A DNA stretch of 64,000 bases from the NCBI GenBank assembly GCA_963814375.1, contig CAWFCQ010000003.1, positions 1 through 64,000 on the forward strand. Reading direction: 5' to 3'. Both the position numbers and the translations under genes were made by a program. Positions 11,812 to 22,915 of the stretch are shown one piece after another. The DNA is from an uncultured Chloroflexia bacterium (GTDB taxonomy: Bacteria; Chloroflexota; Limnocylindria; QHBO01). Numbering within the stretch: position 1 is the first letter of the stretch; every line of letters starts with the position of its first letter. The notes beneath the pieces are model-generated. The model was given only the letters and a program-made list of their open reading frames with translations, had not been told where the DNA came from and searched no databases.

Positions 11812-12513
11812 ATGGAACCCGCAATCGATCCGACTGCCGACCCAGGCGAGCATCTCAGCCCGCGTGGGACATTCGATCGGCAGCTGGACCAGGTCAAGGA
11901 CGATGTGCTCCGGCTCGGCGCGCGAGTCGAGGCCGCGCTCGAGCGCGCGGGGCGAGCCCTCGTCGATCGAGATACTGAGCTGGCCGACTCGGTCCGTTGG
12001 GATGACGCACAGGTCAACGAGCTCCAGCGCCAGATCAACACCGAGATCACGACCCTCATCGCCACGCAGGGCCCGGTGGCGCGCGACGTCCGTGAGCTCC
12101 TGGCTCTCTACCACGCCTCGGCCGAGCTCGAGCGAATGGGCGACTACGCGGTCAACATCGCGAAGCTCGCCCAGCAGCTGGCGTCGGAGCCAGAGACGCC
12201 GATCCTGCGCCAGATCCCGCAGATGGAGCAGATCTGTCGTGAACAGCTGCGGGCCGCGATGCGCGCGCTGGTCGACATCAGCGAGGCGGAGGCAAGAGAA
12301 GTGTGCCGCCGCGACGACGAGATCGACGACCTGTACAGCAGCGTGTACGAGGACGCGATGCAGCTGATGACGGTGGCCCCGGAGCGAGCGCGACAGGCGA
12401 CCCACATGCTCTTCGCGGCGCACCACCTTGAGCGTCTCGGGGATCGGGTCACCAACATCGGCGAGGACGTCGTCTTCCTGGCAACCGGCCAGGTCGAGGA
12501 CCTCAACCCGTAG
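11812..12513 (+). CDS. phoU: Phosphate signalling protein PhoU
   Basis: Two PhoU repeats (ELERMGDYAVNIA and HLERLGDRVTNIGE); follows pstB. Confidence 0.95.
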   Translation: MEPAIDPTADPGEHLSPRGTFDRQLDQVKDDVLRLGARVEAALERAGRALVDRDTELADSVRWDDAQVNELQRQINTEITTLIATQGPVARDVRELLALYHASAELERMGDYAVNIAKLAQQLASEPETPILRQIPQMEQICREQLRAAMRALVDISEAEAREVCRRDDEIDDLYSSVYEDAMQLMTVAPERARQATHMLFAAHHLERLGDRVTNIGEDVVFLATGQVEDLNP

Positions 12514-12521
12514 GCGCCGCG

Positions 12522-13220
12522 ATGCGACGGCGGCTGCTCCTGGTCGAGGACGATCCGACCCTCCGTCGGGCGCTCTCGTTCAACCTCACCCGCGAGGGCT
12601 ACGAGGTTGCCACGGCCGCCGACGGGGAGGCCGCGCTGGAGGCCGCGCGAAACGAGCACCTCGATCTCGTGCTCCTTGATGTCATGCTGCCGGGGATGAG
12701 CGGAGTCGAGGTGCTGCGTGTCCTGCGGCGCGAGGGCGTCACCACCCCGGTCATCATCCTGTCGGCCAAGGGCGACGAGATCGACAGGGTGGTCGGCCTC
12801 AAGGTCGGCGCTGACGACTACGTTGCGAAACCATTCAGCCGGCCCGAGCTGATGGCCCGCATCGAGGCCGTCCTGCGCCGCCAGCGCCGCGAGGCGGAGC
12901 AGCCGGAGCGGCGCGAGCAGCTGAGCTTCGGGCACATCGCGATCGACGTGGCCCGCCGCGAGGTGACGGTCGACGAGGAGCCGATCCACCTCACGACGAA
13001 GGAGTTCGAGCTGCTGGCCCACATGGCCGCCAACCCCGGACGCATCTTCACGCGCGACCAGCTTCTCGCTCGGATCTGGGGCTACGACTATCTCGGCGAT
13101 GGCCGCACGGTCGACGTCCACGTCAGCTGGCTACGTGGGAAGCTCCGCGGCAGTGACGGGCACAACTACTTCCGCACCGTTCGCGGCGTTGGCTACGCCT
13201 TCGCGCCGCGAGCCGCGTGA
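12522..13220 (+). CDS. phoB: OmpR-family response regulator, PhoB/PhoP-like
   Basis: Receiver (LLVEDD, LLDVMLP, KPF) plus winged helix (RTVDVHVSWLRGKL, TVRGVGY); pho context. Confidence 0.85.
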   Translation: MRRRLLLVEDDPTLRRALSFNLTREGYEVATAADGEAALEAARNEHLDLVLLDVMLPGMSGVEVLRVLRREGVTTPVIILSAKGDEIDRVVGLKVGADDYVAKPFSRPELMARIEAVLRRQRREAEQPERREQLSFGHIAIDVARREVTVDEEPIHLTTKEFELLAHMAANPGRIFTRDQLLARIWGYDYLGDGRTVDVHVSWLRGKLRGSDGHNYFRTVRGVGYAFAPRAA

Positions 13221-14266
13221 CTGACCCGGGCGCCGCGTTCGAGGCCCTCCTCGCCAGGCGCGGCGCCGACCTCCTTTTGCTGGTCGACGACGGCCTCCGC
13301 GTCGTGCGCGCCGGGCCGGAGGCGGCGCTCCTCGCCGAACGTACCCAGGAGGAGATGCGTGGCATGAGCCTGATCGCCGCGTTCGGTTCGGCAGCCCTGG
13401 ATCAGATCGCCAGGAACGCGATCAGCGGCGGGGCAGCCGCGAGCGGCGAGGCTGATCTGGGGCACCTGGGTGCACGCCGATTCGCCGTGGACGCGGTCCC
13501 GCTGGACGGGGGCCTCGTCCTCTCGTTGCACGACATCACCACCCTTCGACGCATGGAGCGCGTGCGGCGCGACTTCGTTGCCAATCTCGGCCACGAGCTG
13601 CGTACGCCACTCACCTCCATCAAGCTCCTGTCGGAGACGCTGAGCTCGGGGGGCATCGAGGATCCAGCGACCGCCCGGGACTTCGCGATGCAGATCGAGC
13701 GCGAGGCCGACCACCTCGCCCAGCTGGTCGACGAGCTGCTCGATCTCTCGATGATCGAGTCCGGCGAGACGAAGCTCGCGCTCGAGTCGATCGACCCCGA
13801 TGGTGTGGTCGCCGCCTGCGTGGAACGAATCGGTCCAGTGGCAGCGCACCGCGAGGTCCGCGTGCGCCGGGACGTACCGACCTCGTCCGGCGCGCGGGCG
13901 CTCGCCGATCCCGGCCGCCTTGGCCAGGCTCTCCTCAACCTCGCCCACAACGCGGTCAAGTTCAGCCATCACGGCGGGGAGGTGCGGATCGGCTGGGAGC
14001 CGTCGGACGAGCGGGTGCGATTCACCGTCTCCGACGATGGCATCGGCGTCCCCGAGGCCCACCGGGCTCGGATCTTCGAGCGCTTCTACAAGGTCGACCG
14101 GTCTCGAGCCAGGGATCGCGAGACCGAGCAGCTGGGCGGCAGCGCCGGCCTCGGACTGGCGATCGTGCGCCACATCGCCGAGGCGCACGGTGGCGCCGTC
14201 GGGCTGACCTCCGAGGAAGGGCTGGGCTCGACCTTCTGGATCGAGGTTCCCCGCGCCTACGAGTGA
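13217..14266 (+). CDS. phoR: PhoR-like histidine kinase with no obvious transmembrane segment
   Basis: RRDFVANLGHELRTPL, NLAHNAVKF, DDGIG, FERFYKVD and GLGLAIV; overlaps the regulator stop. Confidence 0.85.
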   Translation: MTDPGAAFEALLARRGADLLLLVDDGLRVVRAGPEAALLAERTQEEMRGMSLIAAFGSAALDQIARNAISGGAAASGEADLGHLGARRFAVDAVPLDGGLVLSLHDITTLRRMERVRRDFVANLGHELRTPLTSIKLLSETLSSGGIEDPATARDFAMQIEREADHLAQLVDELLDLSMIESGETKLALESIDPDGVVAACVERIGPVAAHREVRVRRDVPTSSGARALADPGRLGQALLNLAHNAVKFSHHGGEVRIGWEPSDERVRFTVSDDGIGVPEAHRARIFERFYKVDRSRARDRETEQLGGSAGLGLAIVRHIAEAHGGAVGLTSEEGLGSTFWIEVPRAYE

Positions 14267-14284
14267 GGTAGCGCCCGCACTTCG

Positions 14285-15232
14285 TCAGGCAGGAGAGCCG
14301 CTGCCGGAGCAGCCGGGCGGGTTCGGCGCCTCCAGGTAGTCGAGCGCGACAAGCCGCCCGTCGGGGTCCAGGCTGAGTGCCCAGGTGGACCCCTTCGCTG
14401 CGCGCACGGGTTGCTCGATTGGGTAGGCATCCGCGCGCGCGATTCGTCCGATCAGGTCGGGAATCACGTCCCCCTGGCTGCACGCAACGGCGTCCAGCTC
14501 CGACCCGCCAAGGGCCCGGAGATGTCGGACGGCCTCCTCCTCGCGATCGGGGTAGCCGACCTCGCTGAGAAGCGGGTCCGGCGTGACAGTGAGCTGGAGG
14601 GCGTCGGCGAGCGGTTCAACCGTTTCGACGCAGCGACGAACATCAGCCGACGCGATCGTTCCGACCTCGAAGCGCGAGAGGATGCGAGCCAGCTCGTCGG
14701 CCTGCGCGACGCCGCAGTCGTCGAGCGGGCGTTCGCGATCGTCACCGTCCCAGGTCGACGAAGAGCCGGCCACGGCATGGCGCAGCAGCAGCACGGTGCG
14801 GCTCGGCCCCGGGCCGCGGGCAAAGCGCTCGAGGACGTCGCGATCCGTGTCGCGGGTCAGACGATCGGAGGCTTCGGCCAGCGAGAGCCAATCGAGGCCG
14901 TCCACCTCGCGGGTGGCCGAGAACGCGCCTGCCTCGGCCTGCATCGCCCACCAGCGCACGACCTTGGTCCGGGAACCTGTCCCGGCCGACTTCGGGTAGC
15001 GGGTTTCACCCAGCGGGCGCCCCACGCGGACGTGGTAGCCCGTCTCCTCGAGCACCTCGCGCACCGCGCCCTCGAGGTCGGCCTCACCGGCGGCCAGCTT
15101 GCCCTTGGGAAGGCTCCAGTCGTCGTAGCGCGGCCGATGAATGATGGCGACTTCGACGCCATCCTCGCCCGAGCCGTTCTCGCTCCGGCGCCAAACGACG
15201 CCCCCTGCGGCCCGGATGGGCGGCCTTGTCAT
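14285..15232 (-). CDS. NUDIX hydrolase fused to a histidine-phosphatase domain (MutT1-like)
   Basis: HRPRYDDWSLPKGK, intact Nudix box (REVLEETG) and a C-terminal LLLRHA domain. Confidence 0.9.
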   Translation of the reverse strand: MTRPPIRAAGGVVWRRSENGSGEDGVEVAIIHRPRYDDWSLPKGKLAAGEADLEGAVREVLEETGYHVRVGRPLGETRYPKSAGTGSRTKVVRWWAMQAEAGAFSATREVDGLDWLSLAEASDRLTRDTDRDVLERFARGPGPSRTVLLLRHAVAGSSSTWDGDDRERPLDDCGVAQADELARILSRFEVGTIASADVRRCVETVEPLADALQLTVTPDPLLSEVGYPDREEEAVRHLRALGGSELDAVACSQGDVIPDLIGRIARADAYPIEQPVRAAKGSTWALSLDPDGRLVALDYLEAPNPPGCSGSGSPA

Positions 15233-16723
15233 GTCATCCACTTGCGCCAGCGTCGCTTGCGCACCTTCGGCCACAGGTCGAGGAAGGCCTCCCGCGCCCG
15301 AGCGGAGCGAAGCAGCTGGCGCTCCACCAGGCGCCCGGCCTCGAATGCGTACGTGTTGGTGACCTTCGGTGCGTGCAGGTTCTCGCGGATCGTCCCTTCG
15401 GCAACCGCGGCGTCCTGCACCGCGCCGAGCGCATCCTGAAGCTCGGACACCCTCGCCGCCAGCTCGTTCGCGCCGTCCGCGCGCTTGTCGGAGAGCACGC
15501 GCCCGGCGAGCTCGGACGCGTAGCGCGCGCGCTTTGCCGCGATGCGGGCACGGTGGAAGTCGGCGTCGGGCGTGTCCGGGCCAAGATCGTCGGCTCGCTG
15601 CTTGAGGCGGCGCCAGGCGTCCTGGACGAGCTCCGGGAGCGCGGTATCGGCGAGCGCGCCGGCGCCGGGACCCAGCGGGGGTGATGCGATCGCTTCGACC
15701 AGCGCATCGAGGAGGCCGGGATAGTCGTCCGCCTCGAGCGTCGCGCGGACCTGCTCGTGGGCTCGGGACCTACGGGCATCGAGTGCCCGGAAGAGGGGCT
15801 TCAGCGACAGGCCCGCGTCCTTGGCGTCCTTGCGGAGGTGCGCCATCAGAACGTCCAGGTCGCGAGCATCGCCGAGCGATCCCGCCACCGATCGCAGCTG
15901 CGGCTCGATCCGGGATCGCCACGCCGGGTCGACGGCGTCGCCGAGGGTGCGCAGGTCACTGCGAAGGCGCCGCAGAGCCACGCGGACCTGGTGAATTCCC
16001 TCCTCCTCGCCGAGCCGCGCAAGCGGATCGTTGTGGACGAGACGCGCCGAGAGCACCGGCGACCGACGCGACCAGCGCATCGGCCATGGAGGGGTCGAGC
16101 GAGATCCGGGCAGGCGTGATGTCGGCCGGCGCCGTCGCGCGCGACCCGAGGGCGCGCACCACCTTGGGAATCGGCTCGGCATCGGTGGCTCCGGCCCGAT
16201 GGAGCTGGTCGGCCAGGGGCGCCAGGTCGAGGGTGTCGGTTAGTGCTTCGAGCTCGAGCTCACGGAAGCGAGACACCACCCGCCGGCCCTCGATGACCGA
16301 GACCTCGTCGTCGGCCAGCTCTGCGACAGCCTCGTCGTCCTGAAGCAGACGCAGCCGACGACGGCGCGTCCGCAATGTCGCGACTGCAACGAGCGGCTCG
16401 CGTCGCGCGAAGGCCGTGACAAGGGCGCGGGCCTCGGGTGGTGGCTCGCGGGCGGTGCCCCCGAAGTCGAGCTCGTTGCGCTCGAGCATCGTCCCGACGG
16501 ATGACATCGGGAGCTTGAGCGTCCATGTCGGCCCGGTGTCGTCGCCGGTGCGGTAGCGGAGCGTCACGCCGTGGCGCGCCAGGCGCAGATCGGAAGTGTC
16601 GTAGTACGTCGCGCGCAGGTGGAGATCGGCAAGCGCCACCGGAGCGAGCGGCACATCCCCGACGGTCAGGGGCGGGATCGTGAAGCGGCCGGGAAGGGCG
16701 AGCTTCAGCTCGCGCTCGGTCAC
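15229..16723 (-). CDS. CYTH-CHAD domain protein (frameshift ~16070)
   Basis: [20 protein letters not shown] and FRELELE (CYTH); [26 protein letters not shown] and LQDALG (CHAD). Confidence 0.88.
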
Positions 16724-18811
16724 CGAGCCGCCACGAGTGCGTCCGCACGGGACATCAGCGTCTCCTGCAGCGGAGCCGCATCCCCGTTCGTCGCTCGACG
16801 CTCCCAGCTGCCGTCACCGCGCAGGCGCCAGGCGGTGGGGTCGTGCATCGCCGAGTCGAGGATGTCACGCAGCCTGGCGCGGCTGCGGGCGTCGTCGACG
16901 CGCACCAGCACCTCGACCCGCCGGTCGAGGTTCCGATGCATCATGTCGGCGCTGCCGATCCAGATCTGATCGTCCTCGTCGGCGCCGAAACGATAGATGC
17001 GCGAGTGCTCGAGGAAGCGCCCGAGGATGCTCCGCACCTTGATGCGGTCGCTCATGCCGCGGACGCCGGGTCGAAGCGCGCAGATTCCGCGCACGATGAG
17101 GTCGACCTTGACGCCGGCATCGGACGCCTCGTACAGCGCACCGATGACGTCCTCGTCGAGCAGGCTGTTGAGCTTCATCGTGATTCGCGCCGGTCGTCCC
17201 TCGGCGGCAAGGCGCGCCTGGTTGCGGATCATCTCGACCACCCGTTCGCGCAGATCTGTCGGTGCCACGATGAGGTGCTCGTAGGTGGACTGACGCGAAT
17301 AGCCGGTCAAGAGATTGAAGAGGTGGTTGATGTCGGCGCCCATCACGGGATCGGCGGTGAGCAGGCCGACATCCTCGTACTGCCGCGCCGTCGTGGGGTG
17401 ATAGTTTCCCGTGCCGACGTGAACGTACCGCCGCAGGCCGTCCGGCTCGCTCCGCACCACGAGGGCGAGCTTGCAGTGCGTCTTCAGTCCCACCAGCCCG
17501 TACACGACGTGGCAGCCCGACTGCTCGAGCATCCGCGCCCAGGCGATGTTGGCCTGCTCGTCGAAGCGGGCCTTGATCTCCACGAGGACGACGACCTGCT
17601 TGCCGGCCTGGGCTGCCGCGATGAGTGCGTCCACGATCGGGCTCTCCCCGGAGGTCCGATACAGGGTCTGCTTGATGGCGAGGACATCCGGGTCGGCGGC
17701 GGCCTGCTCGATGAACGCCTGGACGGTGCTGGCAAACGAGTCGTAGGGATGGTGGACGAGAAGATCCTGCTGGTCGAGCGTGGCGAAGATGTCGGCCTCC
17801 CCCTCCGCGTCTCGAACCAGCTCGGATGGGGAGCTGGGATGGAAGGCGGGATAGTGCAGCGCGGGCCGATCGAGCGCGGCGATCGTGAACAGGTCGGCGA
17901 GGCCGAGGAAGCCCGGGAGACGATGGACGTGACGGTCGTCGATCTGGAGCTCGCGGGTGAGCAGGCTGACGAGGTGCGCGGGCATCCGGCGGTCCACCTC
18001 GAGGCGAACGGTCGGCGTGAATCGGCGCCGACGCAGCTCCGCTTCCAGCGCGCGGAGAAGGTCCTCGGCCGCGTCGTCGTCCAGCTCGAGGTCGCTGGCG
18101 CGGGTGACCCGGAATGGATAGAAGGCCAGGATCTCCATCCCCGGGAAGAGGGAGTCGAGGTTGGCCGCGATGACATCCTCGAGCGGCACGAAGGTCTGTG
18201 AGTCCCCAGCGGCAACGAAGCGCGCCAGCAGAGGCGGCACCTTCACGCGCGCGAACCTCGTCCGTCGATCGGCGGGATGCCGCAGCCAGACCGCGAGGTT
18301 CAGCGACAGGTTCGAGATGTAGGGGAAGGGGTGGCCGGGGTCGACCGCCAGCGGTGTGAGCACCGGGAAAGACGCGCTCCACGAACGACGCGGTCAGCTC
18401 GCTGCGAGTCTCCTCGGGGACCTGGCGCCAGCGCAGGAGGCGAATGCCCGCCCGTGCGAGCCGCGGCTTGAGGACCCGGGTGAACTCCTTGGCGTGGCGG
18501 ATGGCAAGCGCTTCGGTGCGGTCGGCGATGAGCCCGAGCTGCGTGGTGGCATCGAGCCCATCGGCGGAGAGGAGCCCGGGTGCGGCGAGCTGCTGCCGCC
18601 GGAGCGTCGCGACGCGAACCTGGTAGAACTCGTCCAGGTTGCTCGCGAAGATCGCCGCGAACTTGACCCGCTCGAGGAGCGGGATTCGCGCGTCCTCCAC
18701 CAGCGTCAGTACACGCTCGTTGAAGTCGAGCCACGACAGCTCCCGATTGATGAACCGGGTCGCGAGGTGTGACTCCTGGGGACGGTCGTGCGCGCGTGCG
18801 GTCGTCGTCAT
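16720..18811 (-). CDS. ppk1: Polyphosphate kinase 1 (frameshift ~18365)
   Basis: [48 protein letters not shown] and GRFLEHSR. Confidence 0.95.
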
Positions 18812-18841
18812 CGGAATCGCGGAACTCTAGCCGCACGAATG

Positions 18842-20899
18842 CTAACCCGTGGTCAAGCCGATGGTCAGGTCCAGGAAGGCAAGCACGTCGGCCCGCTCGT
18901 CGACGAGCTTGCTCACCGGCTTGCCGATGCCGTGGCCGGCATCGGTGTCGATGCGTGCGACGACCGGGCCCTCACCGGCCTGTGCCGCCTGGAGCGCGGC
19001 GGCGAACTTGAACGAGTGGCCCGGCACGACCCGATCGTCGTGGTCGCCGGTGGTGATCAGCGTCGGCGGGTAGCTCACGCCGTCACGGATGTTGTGGAGG
19101 GGCGAGTAGGCGAGAAGGGTCCGGAACTGCTCCGGGTCGTCGGCCGAGCCGTAGTCGCTCGTCCAGCCCCATCCGATCGTGAACCGATGGAAGCGCAGCA
19201 TGTCCATCACTCCCACCTCGGCCACGGCGGCCCCGAACAGCTCCGGATGCTGGGTCAGGCACGCGCCGACCAGGAGCCCGCCGTTCGAGCGACCATGGAT
19301 CGCCGTGTGGGACGCATCGGTCCAGCCGGACGTCGCCAGCCAGCGGGCACAGGCCGCGAAGTCATCGAACACGTTCTGCTTGTGGTCCAGGCGCCCCGCG
19401 TCGTGCCACGGCTTCCCGTACTCGCCGCCGCCGCGCAGGGAAGCGACGGCCAGCAGGCCGCCGCGCTCCATCCACGCCAGCCACTCGGGCTTGAAGAGCG
19501 GGCCGATGGAGACCTGGAACCCGCCATAGCCGTACAGCCACGTGGGAACCTCGCCGTTCGGGCGCACGCCTCGCCGATGGCTGAGGAAGAGCGGCACGCG
19601 GGTCCCGTCGGCGGAGGTCACGAAGACCTCCTCGGTCACGTAGTCGGCCGGGTTCCACGCCAGCGATCGCCCGCCGACCTGGCGCAGCGCGCCGTCCGCC
19701 ACCTGCACCCCGATGACCGATGCTGGCGCCGCGAAGGTCATGAACGTCGCGAACAGCTCGGCGTCTTCCCGCTCGCCGGCGAGGTCCGCGAGCGTGCCGA
19801 TCGCGGGCAGCTCCGGCTCTGCGACGAGGCTGCCGTCGAGCCCGCGGATCGCCAGCCGATGGTGGGCATCGGTGAGGTAGACGCAGGCGAAGCTGCCGCC
19901 GACCAGCTTCACGATCTCGATCGCGTCCGGACCCTCCGCGACGACCTCGTTCAGGACCTCGGGATCGGCCAGGTCGATGGCGATGACCCGGCCCATCGGT
20001 GCTTCGAGATCGGTGTGCAGATAGAGCGTTCCGTCGATCGCGGCGATCGGAAGGTAGCTGGCATCGGCCTCGTCAAGCAGTGGGCGGACGGTCGCGGCCT
20101 CGACGCCACCGGTGAGGTCCGCGACGTAGACGCGGTTCTCCGGATCGGTGCCGCGCCACACGTTGAGGACGAGCAGGCGGCCGTCGTCGGTCACCTCGGG
20201 CTCGAATCCCCAATCGGGATGCTCGGGCGTCGAGAACACCAGCCGATCGTCGGCAGCGTCCGTGCCGATCCGGTGGTAGCGCAGCTCCATGCTCAGGTTC
20301 GGCGCGTCGTAGGCGGCTCCGGCCGGCGGCTGCGGATAGCGTCCATAGAAGAAGCCGGCGTCGTCGTGGGTCCACGCCGCGGACGAGAACTTGCTCCACT
20401 CGATCCGGTCGGGCAGGTCCTCGCCGGACTCGACGCGCCGCACACCCCAGCTCCGCCAGTCGGAGCCGGCGTCGCTGGTGGCATACGCGATCAGCTCACC
20501 GCTCTCGCTGGTGGCGACCGACGCGAGCGCCGTGGTGCCGTCCTCGCTGAGGAGGTTCGGATCGAGCAGGACGCGGCCCTCGCCGTCGGGTGCGTCCGCC
20601 GTCCACAGGACGTCCTGGTCCTGCAGGCCGGAGTTGCGCATCTGGAACCATCGCTCGCCGCGCCGCCACGGCGAGCCGGCGCGCGGGAAGTCCCACAGCT
20701 GGCCCAACCGGTCACGAATCGCCCGCCGGTTCGGCGACTCCCCGAGCACGCGCTCGGCCAGCGCGTTCTGGGCGGCGATCCATGCGCGCGAGGCCGGCGC
20801 ATCGGTGTCCTCGAGCGGGCGATACGGATCCGGGATGGAGGTGCCATGGAAGTCGTCGACCTGGTCGGCGGTCGGGGCCGGCGGATACTCGAGACGCAT
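18842..20899 (-). CDS. Prolyl oligopeptidase (family S9A)
   Basis: DPYRPLED, YGYGGF, GRSNGGLL, DHDDRVVPGHS and AGHG. Confidence 0.95.
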   Translation of the reverse strand: MRLEYPPAPTADQVDDFHGTSIPDPYRPLEDTDAPASRAWIAAQNALAERVLGESPNRRAIRDRLGQLWDFPRAGSPWRRGERWFQMRNSGLQDQDVLWTADAPDGEGRVLLDPNLLSEDGTTALASVATSESGELIAYATSDAGSDWRSWGVRRVESGEDLPDRIEWSKFSSAAWTHDDAGFFYGRYPQPPAGAAYDAPNLSMELRYHRIGTDAADDRLVFSTPEHPDWGFEPEVTDDGRLLVLNVWRGTDPENRVYVADLTGGVEAATVRPLLDEADASYLPIAAIDGTLYLHTDLEAPMGRVIAIDLADPEVLNEVVAEGPDAIEIVKLVGGSFACVYLTDAHHRLAIRGLDGSLVAEPELPAIGTLADLAGEREDAELFATFMTFAAPASVIGVQVADGALRQVGGRSLAWNPADYVTEEVFVTSADGTRVPLFLSHRRGVRPNGEVPTWLYGYGGFQVSIGPLFKPEWLAWMERGGLLAVASLRGGGEYGKPWHDAGRLDHKQNVFDDFAACARWLATSGWTDASHTAIHGRSNGGLLVGACLTQHPELFGAAVAEVGVMDMLRFHRFTIGWGWTSDYGSADDPEQFRTLLAYSPLHNIRDGVSYPPTLITTGDHDDRVVPGHSFKFAAALQAAQAGEGPVVARIDTDAGHGIGKPVSKLVDERADVLAFLDLTIGLTTG

Positions 20900-20962
20900 C
20901 GGCTCATGCTAGCGGGCGCACTCGGCGCGGTATGATTGCTGCCGCAACTATTGTCGGAGCCG

Positions 20963-21421
20963 ATGACCGAACCGATCACCCGAAACGGCCTACGGGGCGA
21001 CCCCGGGCTTGCCGCCTGGAGCGCCTTCCTGCGCGCGCATGCCCGCGTCGTTCGCGAGCTCGAGCGCGAGCTCCAGGCCGACCAGCAGCTGGCCCTGACC
21101 GACTACGACGTCCTCGTCCAGCTCGCCTCCGCCGAGGGCCGGCGCCTTCGGATGAGCGAGCTGGCGGATCGACTGCTCCTGTCGCGGTCGGGCGCCACTC
21201 GCCTCGTGGATCGTCTCGTCGCGGACGGGCTCGTGGAGCGGGTGGTGTGCGACGACGACCGGCGCGGGCAATGGGCTTCGCTCACCCACTCCGGCCTCCG
21301 GCGCCTGCGCGCAGCGACGCCGACGCACCTGCGCGGCATCTCCGACCACTTCCTCGATCGCCTGCGTCCCGAGGACCTCGCCGCGCTCGAGCGGATGCTC
21401 ACGCCGATCGGCGACCGGTAG
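20963..21421 (+). CDS. MarR family regulator
   Basis: YDVLVQL, LRMSELADRLLLSRSGATRLVDRL and DRRG. Confidence 0.9.
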   Translation: MTEPITRNGLRGDPGLAAWSAFLRAHARVVRELERELQADQQLALTDYDVLVQLASAEGRRLRMSELADRLLLSRSGATRLVDRLVADGLVERVVCDDDRRGQWASLTHSGLRRLRAATPTHLRGISDHFLDRLRPEDLAALERMLTPIGDR

Positions 21422-21453
21422 GCCGCGGCGGTCATCGGCGGGAGCCGTCGCGT

Positions 21454-21587
21454 TTACCCGCCGCGGTAACCAACGGCGATCGGAGAACCGCTGCGTCTCC
21501 GCCGCTTCCCAATCCCGGTAAATCCAGGCCCGGTTCGCGCCTGTTTCGGCTCCTCGTTCTCCGTTAGTTCCCAACCTCGGTAAATCC
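21454..21587. repeat. Three TT(A/C)CC-N6-GGTAA quasi-palindromes between convergent genes
   Basis: Copies at 21454-21469, 21506-21521 and 21568-21583; copies 2 and 3 extend to ttcccaa..cggtaaatcc. Confidence 0.65.
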
Positions 21588-21607
21588 CGCGTGATCCACC
21601 AACCGAT

Positions 21608-22460
21608 TCACGGGGCGGTCGCGGCCTCGTCGCGCAGGCCCTCGATCATGCCGGCACGCGGGTCGTCGGGAGCCAGCTCCAGGAATCGGTCGAACGCCGC
21701 GCGGGCGTCCGCCTCGTTGCCCTCGCGCAGCGCGATGAGGCCACCGAAGAAGGCGACCTCCACCGGATCGGCCGTGTCGAGGTCGGCGTACGCGTCGTGG
21801 GCGGCGCGCGCATCGGCGGCGTCGCCGGCTCGCAGGTAGGCGCCCATGATCCGCTCGTAGGCGTCGGCCCGCTCGGGCTCGAGCCCGATGAGCGCCTGGA
21901 GCGCCACGGCGCCGCGCTGGAGGTCCTCCGCGGTTGATCCGGCGAGATAGGCGTCGGCGAGGTCGGAGAGCGTCTGCGGATCGGTCGCATCCGACTCGAG
22001 GGCGACGAGAAGCTCATCGATCCGCGCCTGGCGCGCGTCCTCGGCGGCCTCGGCCTCGGCCAGCGCCTGGTTGACCACCGTCCCGTTGGCGAGGCCGATC
22101 GCCGGGATGGCGATGCCGACGCCGACGGCGATCGCCACGATCGCGCCCGCCGCCACGACGAGCGGCCGCGTTTCGCGGCGGGGCTCCGACTCCGGCCTCG
22201 GCTTCGGGTGCCGCCGCAAGCTCCGCCTCCGTCTGGGCCGCGCGTGCCTCGGCCTCGGCGATCTGGTGCCGATAAGCATCGTCATCGAGTGATCCGGCGC
22301 GTCGGTCTGCCTCGACGTCGCGCAGCGACTCCAGCGCCACCCGGTGTCGCACGACCGCGGCGTCGTCCTGCGTCTCTGACGCTGGCCTGCGCCAGAGCGG
22401 GAGGAGGATGACGGCACCGCCGACGAGCAGCGCGACGGCCACGATGATGACCTCAGGCAT
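21608..22460 (-). CDS. ccmI: CcmI/CycH-like TPR protein (frameshift ~22230)
   Basis: N-terminal TM, LRDVEADRRAGSLDDDAY, a second TM and TPR-like helices; last gene of the ccm operon. Confidence 0.75.
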
Positions 22461-22915
22461 CGAGCGCCTCCGCCTGCTCGCGGACTCGGTCCCGATCGCG
22501 TTCGCTGAGCTCGCCGGCGACGTCAACATCCGCGGGGCGACGCCGCAGCAGCCACGCGGCCAGCATCGCGGCGCCGCCAAGGACAACGGCGATGGGCACG
22601 GCCCATAACAGCGGCGACACGGGCGCGAGGAGCACCCACTCGCCATAGCGAGACACGAAGTGCGCGCGGATCACGTCGTCGGACGCGCCCGGAGGCGATG
22701 AGCTCGTCCACCTGGCGCCGAATCTCGCGCGCCGCGGCCGAGGGCGAGTCGGCGACCGAGAGGCCCTGGCAGTCCGGGCAGCGAAGCTCGCTGGCGATGG
22801 CCTCGGACCGCGCGGCCGGGGTGTCCCCGCCCGTCGGACGCAGGATGAGCACGGCGACGATGGCGAGCATCGCCACGGCAAGCCCGAGCGCGACCACCGG
22901 CAGCCAGCGCCTCAT
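22453..22915 (-). CDS. ccmH: CcmH/CycL (frameshift ~22690)
   Basis: ELRCPDCQGLSVADS and FVSRYGEWVLLAP. Confidence 0.88.

Noticed and set aside
18788-20935. Long antisense ORFs (for example 18788-20935, 41141-43285, 16843-18201, 56603-58321)
   Set aside because: They are shadows of real genes on the opposite strand, expected at high GC3, and carry no recognisable motifs.
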